Shown: positions 19,733 through 31,542 of the stretch, one piece after another
How the letters are laid out: every line of letters starts with the position of its first letter
Position numbering within the stretch: position 1 is the stretch's first letter
Assembly: GCA_964196605.1 (NCBI GenBank)
Contig: CAXMUQ010000247.1
Span: 1-32,702 of the forward strand
Direction of reading: 5' to 3'
Origin: an uncultured Acidimicrobiia bacterium
GTDB taxonomy: Bacteria; Gemmatimonadota; Gemmatimonadetes; Gemmatimonadales; GWC2-71-9
DNA: 32,702 nucleotides
Translations under genes and position numbers: made by a program
The notes under the pieces: generated by a model
What the model was told of the DNA's origin: nothing
Databases searched by the model: none
Seen by the model: only the letters and a program-made list of their open reading frames with translations

Positions 19733-20842
19733 ATGAAGATCGGGATACCGAAGGAAACTCACCCGGGTGAGCAGCGTGTGGGCCTCATTCCAGCAGCTGC
19801 CGGACGACTCGTCAAGGCAGGGTTTGCAGTGGCTGTGGAGCAGGGGGCCGGTGAGTCGGCCGGGTTCCCCGACCACAGCTATGCCGACGCCGGGGTCACC
19901 ATGGTAGGGCCAGGAGCTCTGAGTGATGCCGAGCTGATTTTGAAGGTGCAGCCTCCGACGCTCGACGAGGCAGGCGGGTATCCCGAAGGCAGCGTACTCG
20001 TGGCGTTGCTCCAGCCGGGGCGACTAGACGATGTGTACTCCGAGTTAGGCCGGCGTAACATCACGGCCTTCGCCATGGAACTGGTGCCGCGGACCACCAA
20101 GGCGCAGTCGATGGACGTGCTGTCCTCCCAGGCAACCGTGGCTGGATACAAGGCAGTGCTCGTCGCCGCGTCCGAACAGGGCAAGCTCCTGCCCATGCTA
20201 ACGACGGCGGCGGGCACACTGGCACCGGCCAAGGTATTCATCATCGGGGCCGGCGTCGCAGGACTTCAGGCCATCGCTACCGCGCGCCGATTGGGAGGAA
20301 TAGTTTCGGCGTTCGACGTTCGGCCGGTGGTACGCGAACAGGTCGAAAGTCTGGGCGCTTCCTTCATAGAAGCGGAAGCTGTGGAGGAAGCGGAAGGCGC
20401 CGGTGGGTATGCCAAGGAACTCGCCGAGGAGCAACAGGAGAAGGTACTCGCCGCCATCGCGGGTCATGTGCCGGACATGGACGTGGTCATAACCACGGCG
20501 CAGATCCCGGGCAAGCAGGCTCCAGTGCTGATTACCGAGCAAATGGTGCAGTCGATGCAGCCGGGGTCGGTGATCGTCGACCTGGCGGCAGAGACGGGCG
20601 GTAACTGCGCATTGACGCAGGCTGGGGAGACCCTCGTGGTCGGTGGAGTCAAGGTAATCGGGCCCGTCAACCTGCCGGCGACCGTGCCGCTGCACGCCAG
20701 CCAGATGTATAGCAAGAACCTCACGACGTTCGTCGAGTACATCACCGAAGACGGTGCGCTCACGATCGATCTCGATGATCCCATCACCGGACCCATGTGC
20801 GTCGTCGCGAACGGCGAGGTCCGATTCGGGAGAACCACATGA
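19733..20842 (+). CDS. pntAA: NAD(P) transhydrogenase subunit alpha, part 1 (dI domain)
   Basis: MKIGIPKE...E.RV, and the Rossmann motif FIIGAGVAGLQAIATARRLG. It has alanine dehydrogenase/PNT-like architecture. Confidence 0.93.
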   Translation: MKIGIPKETHPGEQRVGLIPAAAGRLVKAGFAVAVEQGAGESAGFPDHSYADAGVTMVGPGALSDAELILKVQPPTLDEAGGYPEGSVLVALLQPGRLDDVYSELGRRNITAFAMELVPRTTKAQSMDVLSSQATVAGYKAVLVAASEQGKLLPMLTTAAGTLAPAKVFIIGAGVAGLQAIATARRLGGIVSAFDVRPVVREQVESLGASFIEAEAVEEAEGAGGYAKELAEEQQEKVLAAIAGHVPDMDVVITTAQIPGKQAPVLITEQMVQSMQPGSVIVDLAAETGGNCALTQAGETLVVGGVKVIGPVNLPATVPLHASQMYSKNLTTFVEYITEDGALTIDLDDPITGPMCVVANGEVRFGRTT

Positions 20843-21132
20843 GCGAAGGCATTATCCTGGGCGTCGTCGTCTTCACTTTGGCGACGTTCCTCGGGTTCGA
20901 GTTGATTCAGCGTGTGCCCCCGACTCTGCACACTCCTCTGATGTCGGGGTCGAATGCCATCAGCGGCATCACCATCGTCGGAGCGTTGATAATCGCCGGC
21001 GGGGACTTTGGTTGGATTTCTCAGTATGTCGGGTTCGGAGCGGTCGTGTTGGCCATGATCAACGTGGTCGGCGGGTATGCCGTTACCAACCGGATGCTGC
21101 AGATGTTCCGCAAAGATCAGGAGGGATCATGA
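20839..21132 (+). CDS. pntAB: NAD(P) transhydrogenase subunit alpha, part 2 (membrane segment)
   Basis: A 97-aa hydrophobic protein with PLMSGSNAISGI and NVVGGY motifs. An ATGA overlap joins it to the pntAA stop. The ORF-track start at 20797 lies inside pntAA and is rejected. Confidence 0.88.
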   Translation: MSEGIILGVVVFTLATFLGFELIQRVPPTLHTPLMSGSNAISGITIVGALIIAGGDFGWISQYVGFGAVVLAMINVVGGYAVTNRMLQMFRKDQEGS

Positions 21133-22523
21133 TGCCGGCCGGCCTGGTGCCTCTGATCTACCTCGTGTCCGCCGCCCTGTTCATCATGGGCCTGAAGCGG
21201 CTGCAGAGCCCCGATACAGCCCGGAACGGCAACATGATGTCCGGCCTCGGCATGCTCATCGCCATTGTGGTCACGCTCCTCGATCAGCAGATCGTGTCGT
21301 TCCAGGTGATAATCGCCGGTGTGGTTGTGGGTGGTGGGCTTGGTTTCTGGATGGCCCGTTCGGTGAAGATGACTTCGATGCCGCAGATGGTAGCGCTGTT
21401 GAACGGTTTCGGTGGTGGAGCGTCGTTGCTGGTGGCCGGCGCCGAGTTCCTCAAGGCAGACATGCTTGGTGTGCCTCTGGCGATCGAGACCAACATCACC
21501 ATTCAGCTAGGAACCTTTATCGGGTCGATCACGCTCATGGGAAGCCTCGTCGCCTTCCTGAAGTTGCAGGAACTGATGAGCGGCAAACCCATGACGTTCC
21601 CCCTCCAGAAGACATTCAACGCGCTGGTGTTTCTCGCCATCGCCGCCCTGGCAGTCTACCAGGTTGTCGTCCCAGGCGATCAGGCAGAGATCTTCTACGC
21701 CATGATCGGGCTGTCGCTAGTGCTCGGCGGGCTGTTGGTGATTCCCATCGGTGGGGCAGACATGCCGGTGGTCATTGCCCTGCTGAATTCCTATTCGGGT
21801 ATCGCCGCGGCAATGACCGGTTTCGTCATCGACAACCAGGTACTCATCGTGGCTGGAGCGTTGGTGGGTTCATCGGGCCTCATCCTGAGCAACATCATGT
21901 GCAAGGCGATGAACCGTTCGCTGGCCAACGTACTGTTCGGCGCGTTCGGTGGGGACAGCGCTGGGGGATCTACCAAGAGTTCTGAAGGTCTGAGCGTCAA
22001 CGAGGTGTCGGTGGAAGACGCTGCGTTGCGCCTGGCGTACGCGCGGCTGGTCATCATCGTGCCGGGTTATGGCCTGGCGGTGGCCCAGGCGCAGCACGTG
22101 GTGCGGGAATTGGCCGATCTCATTCAGAAGAACGGCGGTGAGGTCAAGTACGCCATCCACCCTGTGGCGGGCCGGATGCCCGGCCATATGAACGTGCTGC
22201 TGGCCGAGGCGAACGTGCCCTACGACCAGTTGGTAGAGATGGAGGACATCAATCAGCAGTTCCCTAGGGCCGACGTTGCCTTGGTGATTGGGGCCAACGA
22301 TGTCGTTAATCCGGCGGCTCACAACGATCCATCCAGCCCGATCTACGGCATGCCGATTCTCGACGTGGAGAATGCCCAGAGCACGATTGTCATGAAGCGC
22401 AGCATGAACCCGGGTTTCGCCGGCATCCAGAACGAGTTGTTCTATCATCAAAAGACCTCCATGTTGTTTGGTGACGCGAAGGTATCTCTCTCTGCCCTGG
22501 TGGGTGAGATCAAGTCGCTTTAG
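21129..22523 (+). CDS. pntB: NAD(P) transhydrogenase subunit beta
   Basis: MMPAGLVPLIYLVSAALFIMGLKRL..., a multi-TM N-terminal half, and a C-terminal dIII NADP(H) domain (PGYGLAVAQAQH, YAIHPVAGRMPGHMNVLLAEA, GANDVVNP). An ATGA overlap joins it to the pntAB stop. The 125 extra N-terminal codons in the ORF track are rejected. Confidence 0.93.
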   Translation: MMPAGLVPLIYLVSAALFIMGLKRLQSPDTARNGNMMSGLGMLIAIVVTLLDQQIVSFQVIIAGVVVGGGLGFWMARSVKMTSMPQMVALLNGFGGGASLLVAGAEFLKADMLGVPLAIETNITIQLGTFIGSITLMGSLVAFLKLQELMSGKPMTFPLQKTFNALVFLAIAALAVYQVVVPGDQAEIFYAMIGLSLVLGGLLVIPIGGADMPVVIALLNSYSGIAAAMTGFVIDNQVLIVAGALVGSSGLILSNIMCKAMNRSLANVLFGAFGGDSAGGSTKSSEGLSVNEVSVEDAALRLAYARLVIIVPGYGLAVAQAQHVVRELADLIQKNGGEVKYAIHPVAGRMPGHMNVLLAEANVPYDQLVEMEDINQQFPRADVALVIGANDVVNPAAHNDPSSPIYGMPILDVENAQSTIVMKRSMNPGFAGIQNELFYHQKTSMLFGDAKVSLSALVGEIKSL

Positions 22524-22538
22524 TCGAGGAGTACGGAA

Positions 22539-23183
22539 ATGCGGATTCTCGGAATTACGGTCCTAGCCGCCGCCATGGCCACGCCCGCCGCGGCCCAGAA
22601 CGCCTGTGATGCCTTTCTAGAGGCCCCTCCCGTGGGGGCCTGGGTTGAGTACGATTTCCAGGGACAGGGGCAGGCCGGGCGTTCGAGGATTGCTGTGGTC
22701 GGCACCGAAACCCGGAATGGGGAAGAGCTCACCTGGTACGAAATGAGCTTCGACGCAGGGGGCCAGAGCGGAGGCGTGAAGATGTTGGGCGAGGGCGGGG
22801 TCTATCGCGCCATGGCCGAAAAGAACATCGTTGAGATGGTGGTCAAGGCCGCAGGACAGCCTGCCATGAAGTTCTCTGGTGCAATGATAGAGCGTATGCA
22901 GAGCCAGATGAACTCGGATCCGGCCGCGGAGTTCGGCAAGGGGTGTGAAAGCGCCGAGCGTGTTGGTGTCGAGTCGATCACGGTACCTGCTGGCACCTTC
23001 GACGCGGTGCACTATCGCCTGACAAGCGGCCAGAAACCCGGTGACGCCTGGATCGTCGAGGGATTGCCCTTGGGGATGATCAAATGGACCGGGTCGGGCG
23101 ACGAAGGCGTCGAGCTGGTCGACCGGGGGGACGATGCCGTCACCCAGATCACCGAGACCCCGATGGAAATTCCCGGCGGCTGA
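22539..23183 (+). CDS. Hypothetical secreted protein (no family recognised)
   Basis: Signal peptide MRILGITVLAAAMATPAAAQ and non-biased composition. It starts 15 nt after the pntB stop on the same strand. Confidence 0.6.
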   Translation: MRILGITVLAAAMATPAAAQNACDAFLEAPPVGAWVEYDFQGQGQAGRSRIAVVGTETRNGEELTWYEMSFDAGGQSGGVKMLGEGGVYRAMAEKNIVEMVVKAAGQPAMKFSGAMIERMQSQMNSDPAAEFGKGCESAERVGVESITVPAGTFDAVHYRLTSGQKPGDAWIVEGLPLGMIKWTGSGDEGVELVDRGDDAVTQITETPMEIPGG

Positions 23184-23500
23184 TCAGGCGCGGTCTTTCG
23201 CGAACCAAAATTCCCTTTCCAGCGTTCAGGTAGTAACCGGCGGAGCCCTCAATGGGCTCTCGTCGGCCGGGGGCATTCCAATAACCGTGGTGGGCCACGC
23301 AGTTTTCGATGAGTGGTGTGCACTCTGGGGCGATTGGCGCCTCTTCCCTTATGTAGTCCAGCGGGCTTGCAGTTGCACATTGCAACGTTTGGAGATGCCA
23401 CCATTTCGTGGTTCCAAACATCATAAAGTGTAGTAGGGCGTTGGGTGCCCAATTGGCAGGTGTGGGGGCAAGTGGTGGCGTTGAAGGGGTTACTAAAGTA

Positions 23501-23529
23501 TTGAATCTTTGGGAGTTAGCTGTTATATT
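23501..23529 (+). promoter_or_regulatory. Putative sigma-70-type promoter for the downstream sigma-factor gene
   Basis: TTGAAT (23501..23506), a 17-nt spacer, then TATATT (23524..23529), about 80 nt upstream of the GTG at 23610. Sequence match only. Confidence 0.4.
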
Positions 23530-23609
23530 CCTGATTGGCTTTGCCCTTTTCGTTTGGCGGGAAGGTTACTCATAGATCGGCGCGTTCTTCGCGCAAGGAG
23601 ACGAACACG

Positions 23610-24506
23610 GTGACAATTACGAAACCTCGCCCGAAGCGCCGTGCCGTACGGCCTGCGCTAATTGCTCGAGCGGTGGACGAAGGCCGTGAGAGTCTGGACC
23701 TCTACCTCGACGAAATCAGCCGGGTGCCGCTCCTCACGCGGGAGCAAGAAATGGCGCTTGCCCGGAAAGCCTTCGGTGGCGACGTCGTGGCCCAGGAGAG
23801 TCTAGCTCGTCACAATGTGCGCTTCGTGGTTTCAGTAGCGAAGAAGTTCCAGAACCGGGGAGTGCCGTTGGTCGATCTGATCGGCGAAGGCAACCTCGGC
23901 CTGATGACTGCGGCCAGGAAGTTCGATCCCGACCGTGGCGTGAAGTTCATTTCTTATGCTGTGTGGTGGATCCGCCAGGCGGTACAGGCAGCCATTGCGC
24001 GGCACGGCCGTCCAGTGCGTGTGCCTCTCAACCGTACGGCCGACCTGAGCCGGTTGGGCCGGACCACGACTTTGTTGAAGGAAAAACTGGGCCGTATGCC
24101 GACTACAGAAGAGTTGGCTGAAGCAACCGGGCTCACGCTGGAGGCGGTTCGCAGCCTCAGCGCTTTGAACTCGGAGGCCGTGCGTCTCGATCACCCGACC
24201 CGCGATGGCGACGGACACGAGCGCATCGAACGGTTCGCCTCAGCGGATCAGGAAGGGACGGACACGAGCACGATTCTCAACAGCCGGACCGAGGGAATCG
24301 ACAAAGCTCTCACTACTCTTCCTCCGCGTGATGCCAAGGTGCTGCGGCTCTACTTCGGGTTGGAAGACGGCAACAGCCGGACGCTCGAGGAAATCGGCCG
24401 GATGATGGGAGTCACCCGCGAGCGCATTAGGCAACTGCGCGACCGGGCGCTCCTCCGTCTCCGGGACGGCGAGACCGGCGAGCATCTGAAAGACCTGGTT
24501 GCCTGA
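23610..24506 (+). CDS. Sigma-70 family RNA polymerase sigma factor, short RpoD/RpoS-like (regions 1.2, 2, 3 and 4; no long region 1.1)
   Basis: LDLYLDEISRVPLLTREQE (region 1.2), NVRFVVSVAKKFQNRGVPLVDLIGEGNLGLMTAARKFDPDRGVKFISYAVWWIRQA (region 2), and LEEIGRMMGVTRERIRQLRDRAL (region 4.2). I chose the GTG at 23610, preceded by AAGGAG (23595..23600). The ORF track begins at 23535. Confidence 0.88.
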   Translation: MTITKPRPKRRAVRPALIARAVDEGRESLDLYLDEISRVPLLTREQEMALARKAFGGDVVAQESLARHNVRFVVSVAKKFQNRGVPLVDLIGEGNLGLMTAARKFDPDRGVKFISYAVWWIRQAVQAAIARHGRPVRVPLNRTADLSRLGRTTTLLKEKLGRMPTTEELAEATGLTLEAVRSLSALNSEAVRLDHPTRDGDGHERIERFASADQEGTDTSTILNSRTEGIDKALTTLPPRDAKVLRLYFGLEDGNSRTLEEIGRMMGVTRERIRQLRDRALLRLRDGETGEHLKDLVA

Positions 24507-24530
24507 TCCAGGACACCAGAGACAAGAAAA

Positions 24531-24562
24531 ATGGCCCTCCATTCGGAGGGCCATTTTTTTTG
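24531..24562. terminator. Rho-independent terminator, probably bidirectional
   Basis: ATGGCCCTCC (24531..24540), loop ATTC, GGAGGGCCAT (24545..24554), followed by T8 (24555..24562) and preceded by A5. It sits between the sigma-factor stop (24506, +) and the acnA stop (24585, -). Confidence 0.8.
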
Positions 24563-24584
24563 GCTGTCGGAGTTCGGCTATCAG

Positions 24585-27377
<2,793 letters not shown>

Positions 27378-27443
27378 TATGATACCCGATAATACGCGGT
27401 TCATGGATGTGCGTGTCGAGTCTAATTATACACCGGAGCCGGA

Positions 27444-27809
27444 GTGTGTCACCCGACCAGGGTTCGCTCCGTAAGGCCCTTGCCCATGCTAGTGCCACAC
27501 ACCATTAGGCGTCAGGACGACGGTCTCATCATAGTGTGGGACGAAGGGGCCGAGGGAAGGCTGCTAGAGGCTCGAGCGCTACGATTGTCGTGCCCTTGCG
27601 CCGGCTGTCACGATGAGATGACCGGTGTCCCCCTGCTCGATCCTTCTCAAGTTTCTGAAGACATTCGGCCGGTTTCGGTAGGGCTGGTGGGGACCTATGG
27701 GCTCCGGGTAACATGGAGCGACGGGCACGACACGGGGATCTATACGTTTGAAGCCCTGCACAGAGTATCCCGGCCCAATGAATCATCCGAGGAGCGTGGT
27801 GATGGCTAG
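27444..27809 (+). CDS. DUF971 domain protein (gamma-butyrobetaine hydroxylase-like N-terminal fold)
   Basis: LIIVWDEG...ARALRLSCPCAGCHDEMTG...GLVGTYGLRVTWSDGHDTGIYTFEAL is typical of DUF971. The GTG at 27444 has GGAG 5 nt upstream. The ATG at 27486 is an alternative start. Confidence 0.8.
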   Translation: MCHPTRVRSVRPLPMLVPHTIRRQDDGLIIVWDEGAEGRLLEARALRLSCPCAGCHDEMTGVPLLDPSQVSEDIRPVSVGLVGTYGLRVTWSDGHDTGIYTFEALHRVSRPNESSEERGDG

Positions 27810-30492
27810 ACGACCGCATAGCTGGGGAATGATCACCGCGTTGGCTTTCGCCCTCGCCGGTCCTCCTCACGCACTCGCCCAGCTTGCTCCTCCCACGACG
27901 GGTGGTATCACTGCCCTGGAAGAAGCTCTCCGACCGCTGGGAGTATACAAGAGACTGCTGATCATCGGAGCTCATCCCGACGACGAGGATACCGAGCTGC
28001 TGACCCTGGCCGTGCGCAAGCACGGTGCAGAGGCGGCATATCTGTCGCTGAACCGAGGTGAAGGGGGACAGAACCTGATCGGCCCCGAATTGGGTGAGGG
28101 GCTGGGGCTGATTCGGACCGAAGAACTCTTGGCAGCCCGTCGCATCGATGGCGCCCGTCAGTTTTTCACCCGAGCCTACGATTTTGGTTACTCCAAATCA
28201 ATCGAGGACACATGGCACCACTGGCCCCGTGACTCGATCCTCAAGGACGTAGTGCGGATCGTCCGCCGGTTCCGGCCCCAAGTCCTCGTCTCGGTGTTCA
28301 GCGGAACCCCTTCAGATGGCCATGGCCAGCATCAGGCGGCAGGCTGGGCTGCCCACGAGGCGTTCCGCGTGGCGGGTGACTCGACGGTGTTTCCGGAGCT
28401 GTTTGCCGAAGAGGGATTGCGTCCCTGGTCTCCCGTCAAATTGTATCGTGGTGCCCGATTCAATCCTCGGTCCGCCACTTTGCGGATTTCCGGCGGCGAC
28501 CTGGATCCGGTGGTGGGGCAGTCGTACCACCAGATCGCCATGCGAAGCCGCAGTCAGCATCGATCGCAGGATATGGGGCGCCTGCAAGGCATGGGTCCGT
28601 CGGAAATCCGTCTCGCGCTGGTGGAGGATCGGTCGGGCACGGATCGTGGCGGCGACGGATTGTTTGCCGGGGTTCGAACGGAATTCCCGGTCGTGATTTC
28701 GGGGATCGGCGGAGACCAACAGACCGTCCAGCGGTTATTAGCCGGGTATGTGACCCGCGTTGCCAACGCCAAGGCTGTCCCACGACCCGACTCACTCGAG
28801 GCGTTGGGGGACAGCCTTGCCCTGGCCTGGTCTGACTTGGTTGCTCTGATGGACGCGGTGGTATCCGCATCCACGGGGGCCATCGGTACCCTAGTGCCTC
28901 CGGTACTACACGATCAAAGCAGACATCTCGCTGAGGCTATTCGCGTATCTCGCGGAGCAGTCTTCGATGTGTATGTAGACAGAAGCCACAGCGTACCGGG
29001 GGATCCTCTGGCCCTTACCATGATGAGCTGGAACACATCCGCCAAAGCCGCCAGTCTCACTATGTGGCCGCAGCAACGCGTAGGCATGCTGAGCCAAGCG
29101 CGTACCGGTGGTGGGTCGGTTGTGGGTGCCGGGGAAGTCGATACCGTCACGGTGGAGCTGATTCCGGATCGATTGGCCGTCAATCCTTACTTCCTCCAAG
29201 CACGCCGAGACGGGGCGATGTACCGCTGGCTGGCACCGGAGGGGGTTTCCGGTCGCGGCCTCTTCAGCGTGTACGGTCTTCCCTTCGGGCCGGCGCCGGT
29301 GCGAGGTGCGTTTACCATGTTGCTCGATACTGGGAGCCTTACGTTTCATCGGGAGGCCTCCTACCGTTACCGCGACCAGGCGACCGGTGAAATCAGGCGA
29401 CCGGTGGTAGTTCTCCCCCGACTCGACGTGATCCTCGAGCCCCGCAATACGGTGTTGCAGGTGGGTGGTGAACCGCGACAATTCACCGTCACAGTTACCA
29501 ACAACACTGAATCGGTGGCCGCTGGCGAGGTCGAGCCGGAGGTGCCCAGCAGCTGGCCCAGAGTGAACTCGCAGGCTTTCAGTCTCGAACCGGGCTCCCG
29601 GGTGACCTTCACGTTCTCGGTAGCGATGCCGGACGACCTCGAGTCGGGGACGTTCCATGTCGGGGCAGTGGCGCGGACCGACGACGGAACTGAATACAGG
29701 CTCGGCGTAGTCACGGTGGACTATCCCCACATTCACGCTCGGACATTCTCGAGAGACGCAGTTTCGACCGTCAAGATTGCGCAGCTCGAGATACCGGATG
29801 TGGCGCTGGTAGGGTATATCCGTGGTGCGGCCGATCGTGTCCCGGAGGCTCTGTGGGATGTGGGGTTGCCGTTGACCATCATCGACGATGCTACGCTGGC
29901 GCAAGGTGATCTGAGCCGCTTCGACGTCATCGTCGTGGGCAGCCGGGCCTACGAGGTCAATGCAACCCTGGTCCAGCACAACGACCGTTTGCTAGACTAT
30001 GCCCAAGCCGGAGGGCTCCTGTTGGTACAGTACCAGCAGTATCAGTTCTTCGATGGTGGCTACGCTCCGTTCCCCATGTCGGTTGGCGGGCGTCCGCTGG
30101 TGGCGGATGGACAGACGAGCGATGGAGCACGCCCGGGGCGAAATACCCACGACCGGGTTGCCGATGAAACGGTTGCTGTCCGCCTGTTGGATCCCGACAA
30201 CCCGGTGGTGTCCCAGCCGAACGTGCTCACCGAGGCCGATTGGGATGGCTGGGTGCAGGAACGTGGTTTGTACTTTGCCCGCAGTTGGGATGCCGCGTAT
30301 GAGACGGCGTTGGAGATGCACGACCCGGGCGAGGGGCCCCTCGAGGGCAGCGTTCTGGTGACCGACGTGGGCGACGGTCGATACATCTACACCGGCATCA
30401 GCTTCTTCCGGCAGCTGCCTGCAGGTGTTCCCGGCGCATACCGGTTGTTCATGAACATGCTGTCGATGAGTAAGTCCAAGGGAGTGTCATGA
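27802..30492 (+). CDS. Large secreted LmbE/PIG-L family deacetylase fused to long uncharacterised middle and C-terminal regions (C-terminal region resembles a class I glutamine-amidotransferase-like/ThuA-like fold)
   Basis: Signal-like MARRPHSWGMITALAFALAGPPHALAQ, the PIG-L motif LIIGAHPDDEDTELLT...NRGEGGQN, and HGQHQAAG. The C-terminus carries FDVIVVGSRAYEVN...GGLLLVQYQQ...YIYTGISFFRQLP. The ATG at 27802, preceded by GAGGAG, overlaps the DUF971 gene end. Confidence 0.8.
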   Translation: MARRPHSWGMITALAFALAGPPHALAQLAPPTTGGITALEEALRPLGVYKRLLIIGAHPDDEDTELLTLAVRKHGAEAAYLSLNRGEGGQNLIGPELGEGLGLIRTEELLAARRIDGARQFFTRAYDFGYSKSIEDTWHHWPRDSILKDVVRIVRRFRPQVLVSVFSGTPSDGHGQHQAAGWAAHEAFRVAGDSTVFPELFAEEGLRPWSPVKLYRGARFNPRSATLRISGGDLDPVVGQSYHQIAMRSRSQHRSQDMGRLQGMGPSEIRLALVEDRSGTDRGGDGLFAGVRTEFPVVISGIGGDQQTVQRLLAGYVTRVANAKAVPRPDSLEALGDSLALAWSDLVALMDAVVSASTGAIGTLVPPVLHDQSRHLAEAIRVSRGAVFDVYVDRSHSVPGDPLALTMMSWNTSAKAASLTMWPQQRVGMLSQARTGGGSVVGAGEVDTVTVELIPDRLAVNPYFLQARRDGAMYRWLAPEGVSGRGLFSVYGLPFGPAPVRGAFTMLLDTGSLTFHREASYRYRDQATGEIRRPVVVLPRLDVILEPRNTVLQVGGEPRQFTVTVTNNTESVAAGEVEPEVPSSWPRVNSQAFSLEPGSRVTFTFSVAMPDDLESGTFHVGAVARTDDGTEYRLGVVTVDYPHIHARTFSRDAVSTVKIAQLEIPDVALVGYIRGAADRVPEALWDVGLPLTIIDDATLAQGDLSRFDVIVVGSRAYEVNATLVQHNDRLLDYAQAGGLLLVQYQQYQFFDGGYAPFPMSVGGRPLVADGQTSDGARPGRNTHDRVADETVAVRLLDPDNPVVSQPNVLTEADWDGWVQERGLYFARSWDAAYETALEMHDPGEGPLEGSVLVTDVGDGRYIYTGISFFRQLPAGVPGAYRLFMNMLSMSKSKGVS

Positions 30493-31529
30493 GATCATTG
30501 GGTCGTTATTCGCAAAGTATTGCTTTGGTGTGTATCGTCGCGCTGTCGGGCTGCGCCGACGACGGGCGGACGCCGGTTCTCGTTTATTCACCGCACGGTC
30601 GTGAGCAGCTCACGCTCCTCGAGGACGCGTTCGAGCGACACCGTCCCGACATCGATGTGCGTTGGTTGGACATGGGGAGCCAGGAGGTCCTGGACAGGCT
30701 CCGCTTCGAACGAAATAGCCCCCAGGCCGACGTGTGGTTTGGCGGGCCGACCACCATCTTCGTGCGTGGGGTGCAGGACTCTCTGTTGGCGCCGTACCGG
30801 CCCGCGTGGGCCGACAAGGTAGGTCCGTGGGGCATCGGGCCGGACGATTTGTATTGGCCGGTCTACCGGACACCGGCGGTGATTGCCTACAACACCGCGG
30901 CCCTTTCGCCGGATAGCGTGCCCCAAGACTGGGATGAGGTGCTCGATCCGAAATGGGCCGATCAGGTGTTGATCCGCGACCCCATGGCAAGCGGTACCAT
31001 GCGGGCCATCTGGGGTCTCATCATCCAGAAGAGTATCCAGGAAACGGGCGATACGGCGCAGGCGATGCAGTGGCTCCGTAGGCTCGACGCCAACACCAAG
31101 ACGTACACTATGAACCCGGCGATCCTGTACCAGAAATTGGCCCGGCAGGAGGGGGTTCTGTCGCTCTGGGACTTGCAGGACATGCTTATCGGGCGGTCGA
31201 AGGGGCAGCCGTTCGGCTATGTGTTCCCGGCCAGCGGCACCGTAGTCATCGAGGACGCCATTGGGCTGGTGCGAGGCGCCAGCCACCCGGAAGCCGCCAA
31301 GGCGTTCATTGATTTCGTGGCCACCGACGAAGCGCTGCTGCTGACCGCGCGCGAGGTGTTCCGTCTCCCGGCGCGGAGCGATCTCCCTGCCGATTCCGTC
31401 CCGGAGTGGATCGCCGAGGTGGAAGCCGACATGAAACCGGTTACCATGGACTGGGAGTTGCTGGCCAGTGAGGGTCCGTCGTGGATGTCTTACTGGGACG
31501 AACACGTTCGTGGCAAGGGCCGCCGGTGA
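30489..31529 (+). CDS. ABC transporter periplasmic substrate-binding lipoprotein (family-1 SBP; iron(III)/thiamine/aminoethylphosphonate-like group)
   Basis: Lipobox ALSGC, and motifs DVWFGG, WDEVLDPKW and IRDPMASGT typical of this SBP group. An ATGA overlap joins it to the upstream stop. Confidence 0.85.
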   Translation: MRSLGRYSQSIALVCIVALSGCADDGRTPVLVYSPHGREQLTLLEDAFERHRPDIDVRWLDMGSQEVLDRLRFERNSPQADVWFGGPTTIFVRGVQDSLLAPYRPAWADKVGPWGIGPDDLYWPVYRTPAVIAYNTAALSPDSVPQDWDEVLDPKWADQVLIRDPMASGTMRAIWGLIIQKSIQETGDTAQAMQWLRRLDANTKTYTMNPAILYQKLARQEGVLSLWDLQDMLIGRSKGQPFGYVFPASGTVVIEDAIGLVRGASHPEAAKAFIDFVATDEALLLTAREVFRLPARSDLPADSVPEWIAEVEADMKPVTMDWELLASEGPSWMSYWDEHVRGKGRR

Positions 31530-31542
31530 GCCTTGGCCCAAG

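Noticed and set aside
20754-21128. A 125-codon N-terminal extension of pntB in the ORF track. Similar extensions appear for the OmpA-like gene (158), the aminotransferase (10511), aguB (13863), ettA (16099), the peroxiredoxin (16031), the LmbE protein (27748) and the ABC ATPase (31468).
   Set aside because: The extensions overlap upstream genes or have junk-like composition. Internal starts reproduce the conserved N-termini of the families and give ATGA couplings or Shine-Dalgarno-like motifs.
23149-23424. A minus-strand 91-aa ORF (MMFGTTKWWHLQTLQC...HHGYWNAPGRREPIEG...) in the AT-richer spacer upstream of the sigma-factor gene. Its composition is less biased than that of typical shadow ORFs.
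   Set aside because: I recognise no family. Its 3' end overlaps the convergent gene 22539..23183 by 35 nt with junk-like residues, there is no obvious ribosome-binding site, and its third-position GC is atypical for this genome. It is too weak to call as a gene, though a database search would be worthwhile.
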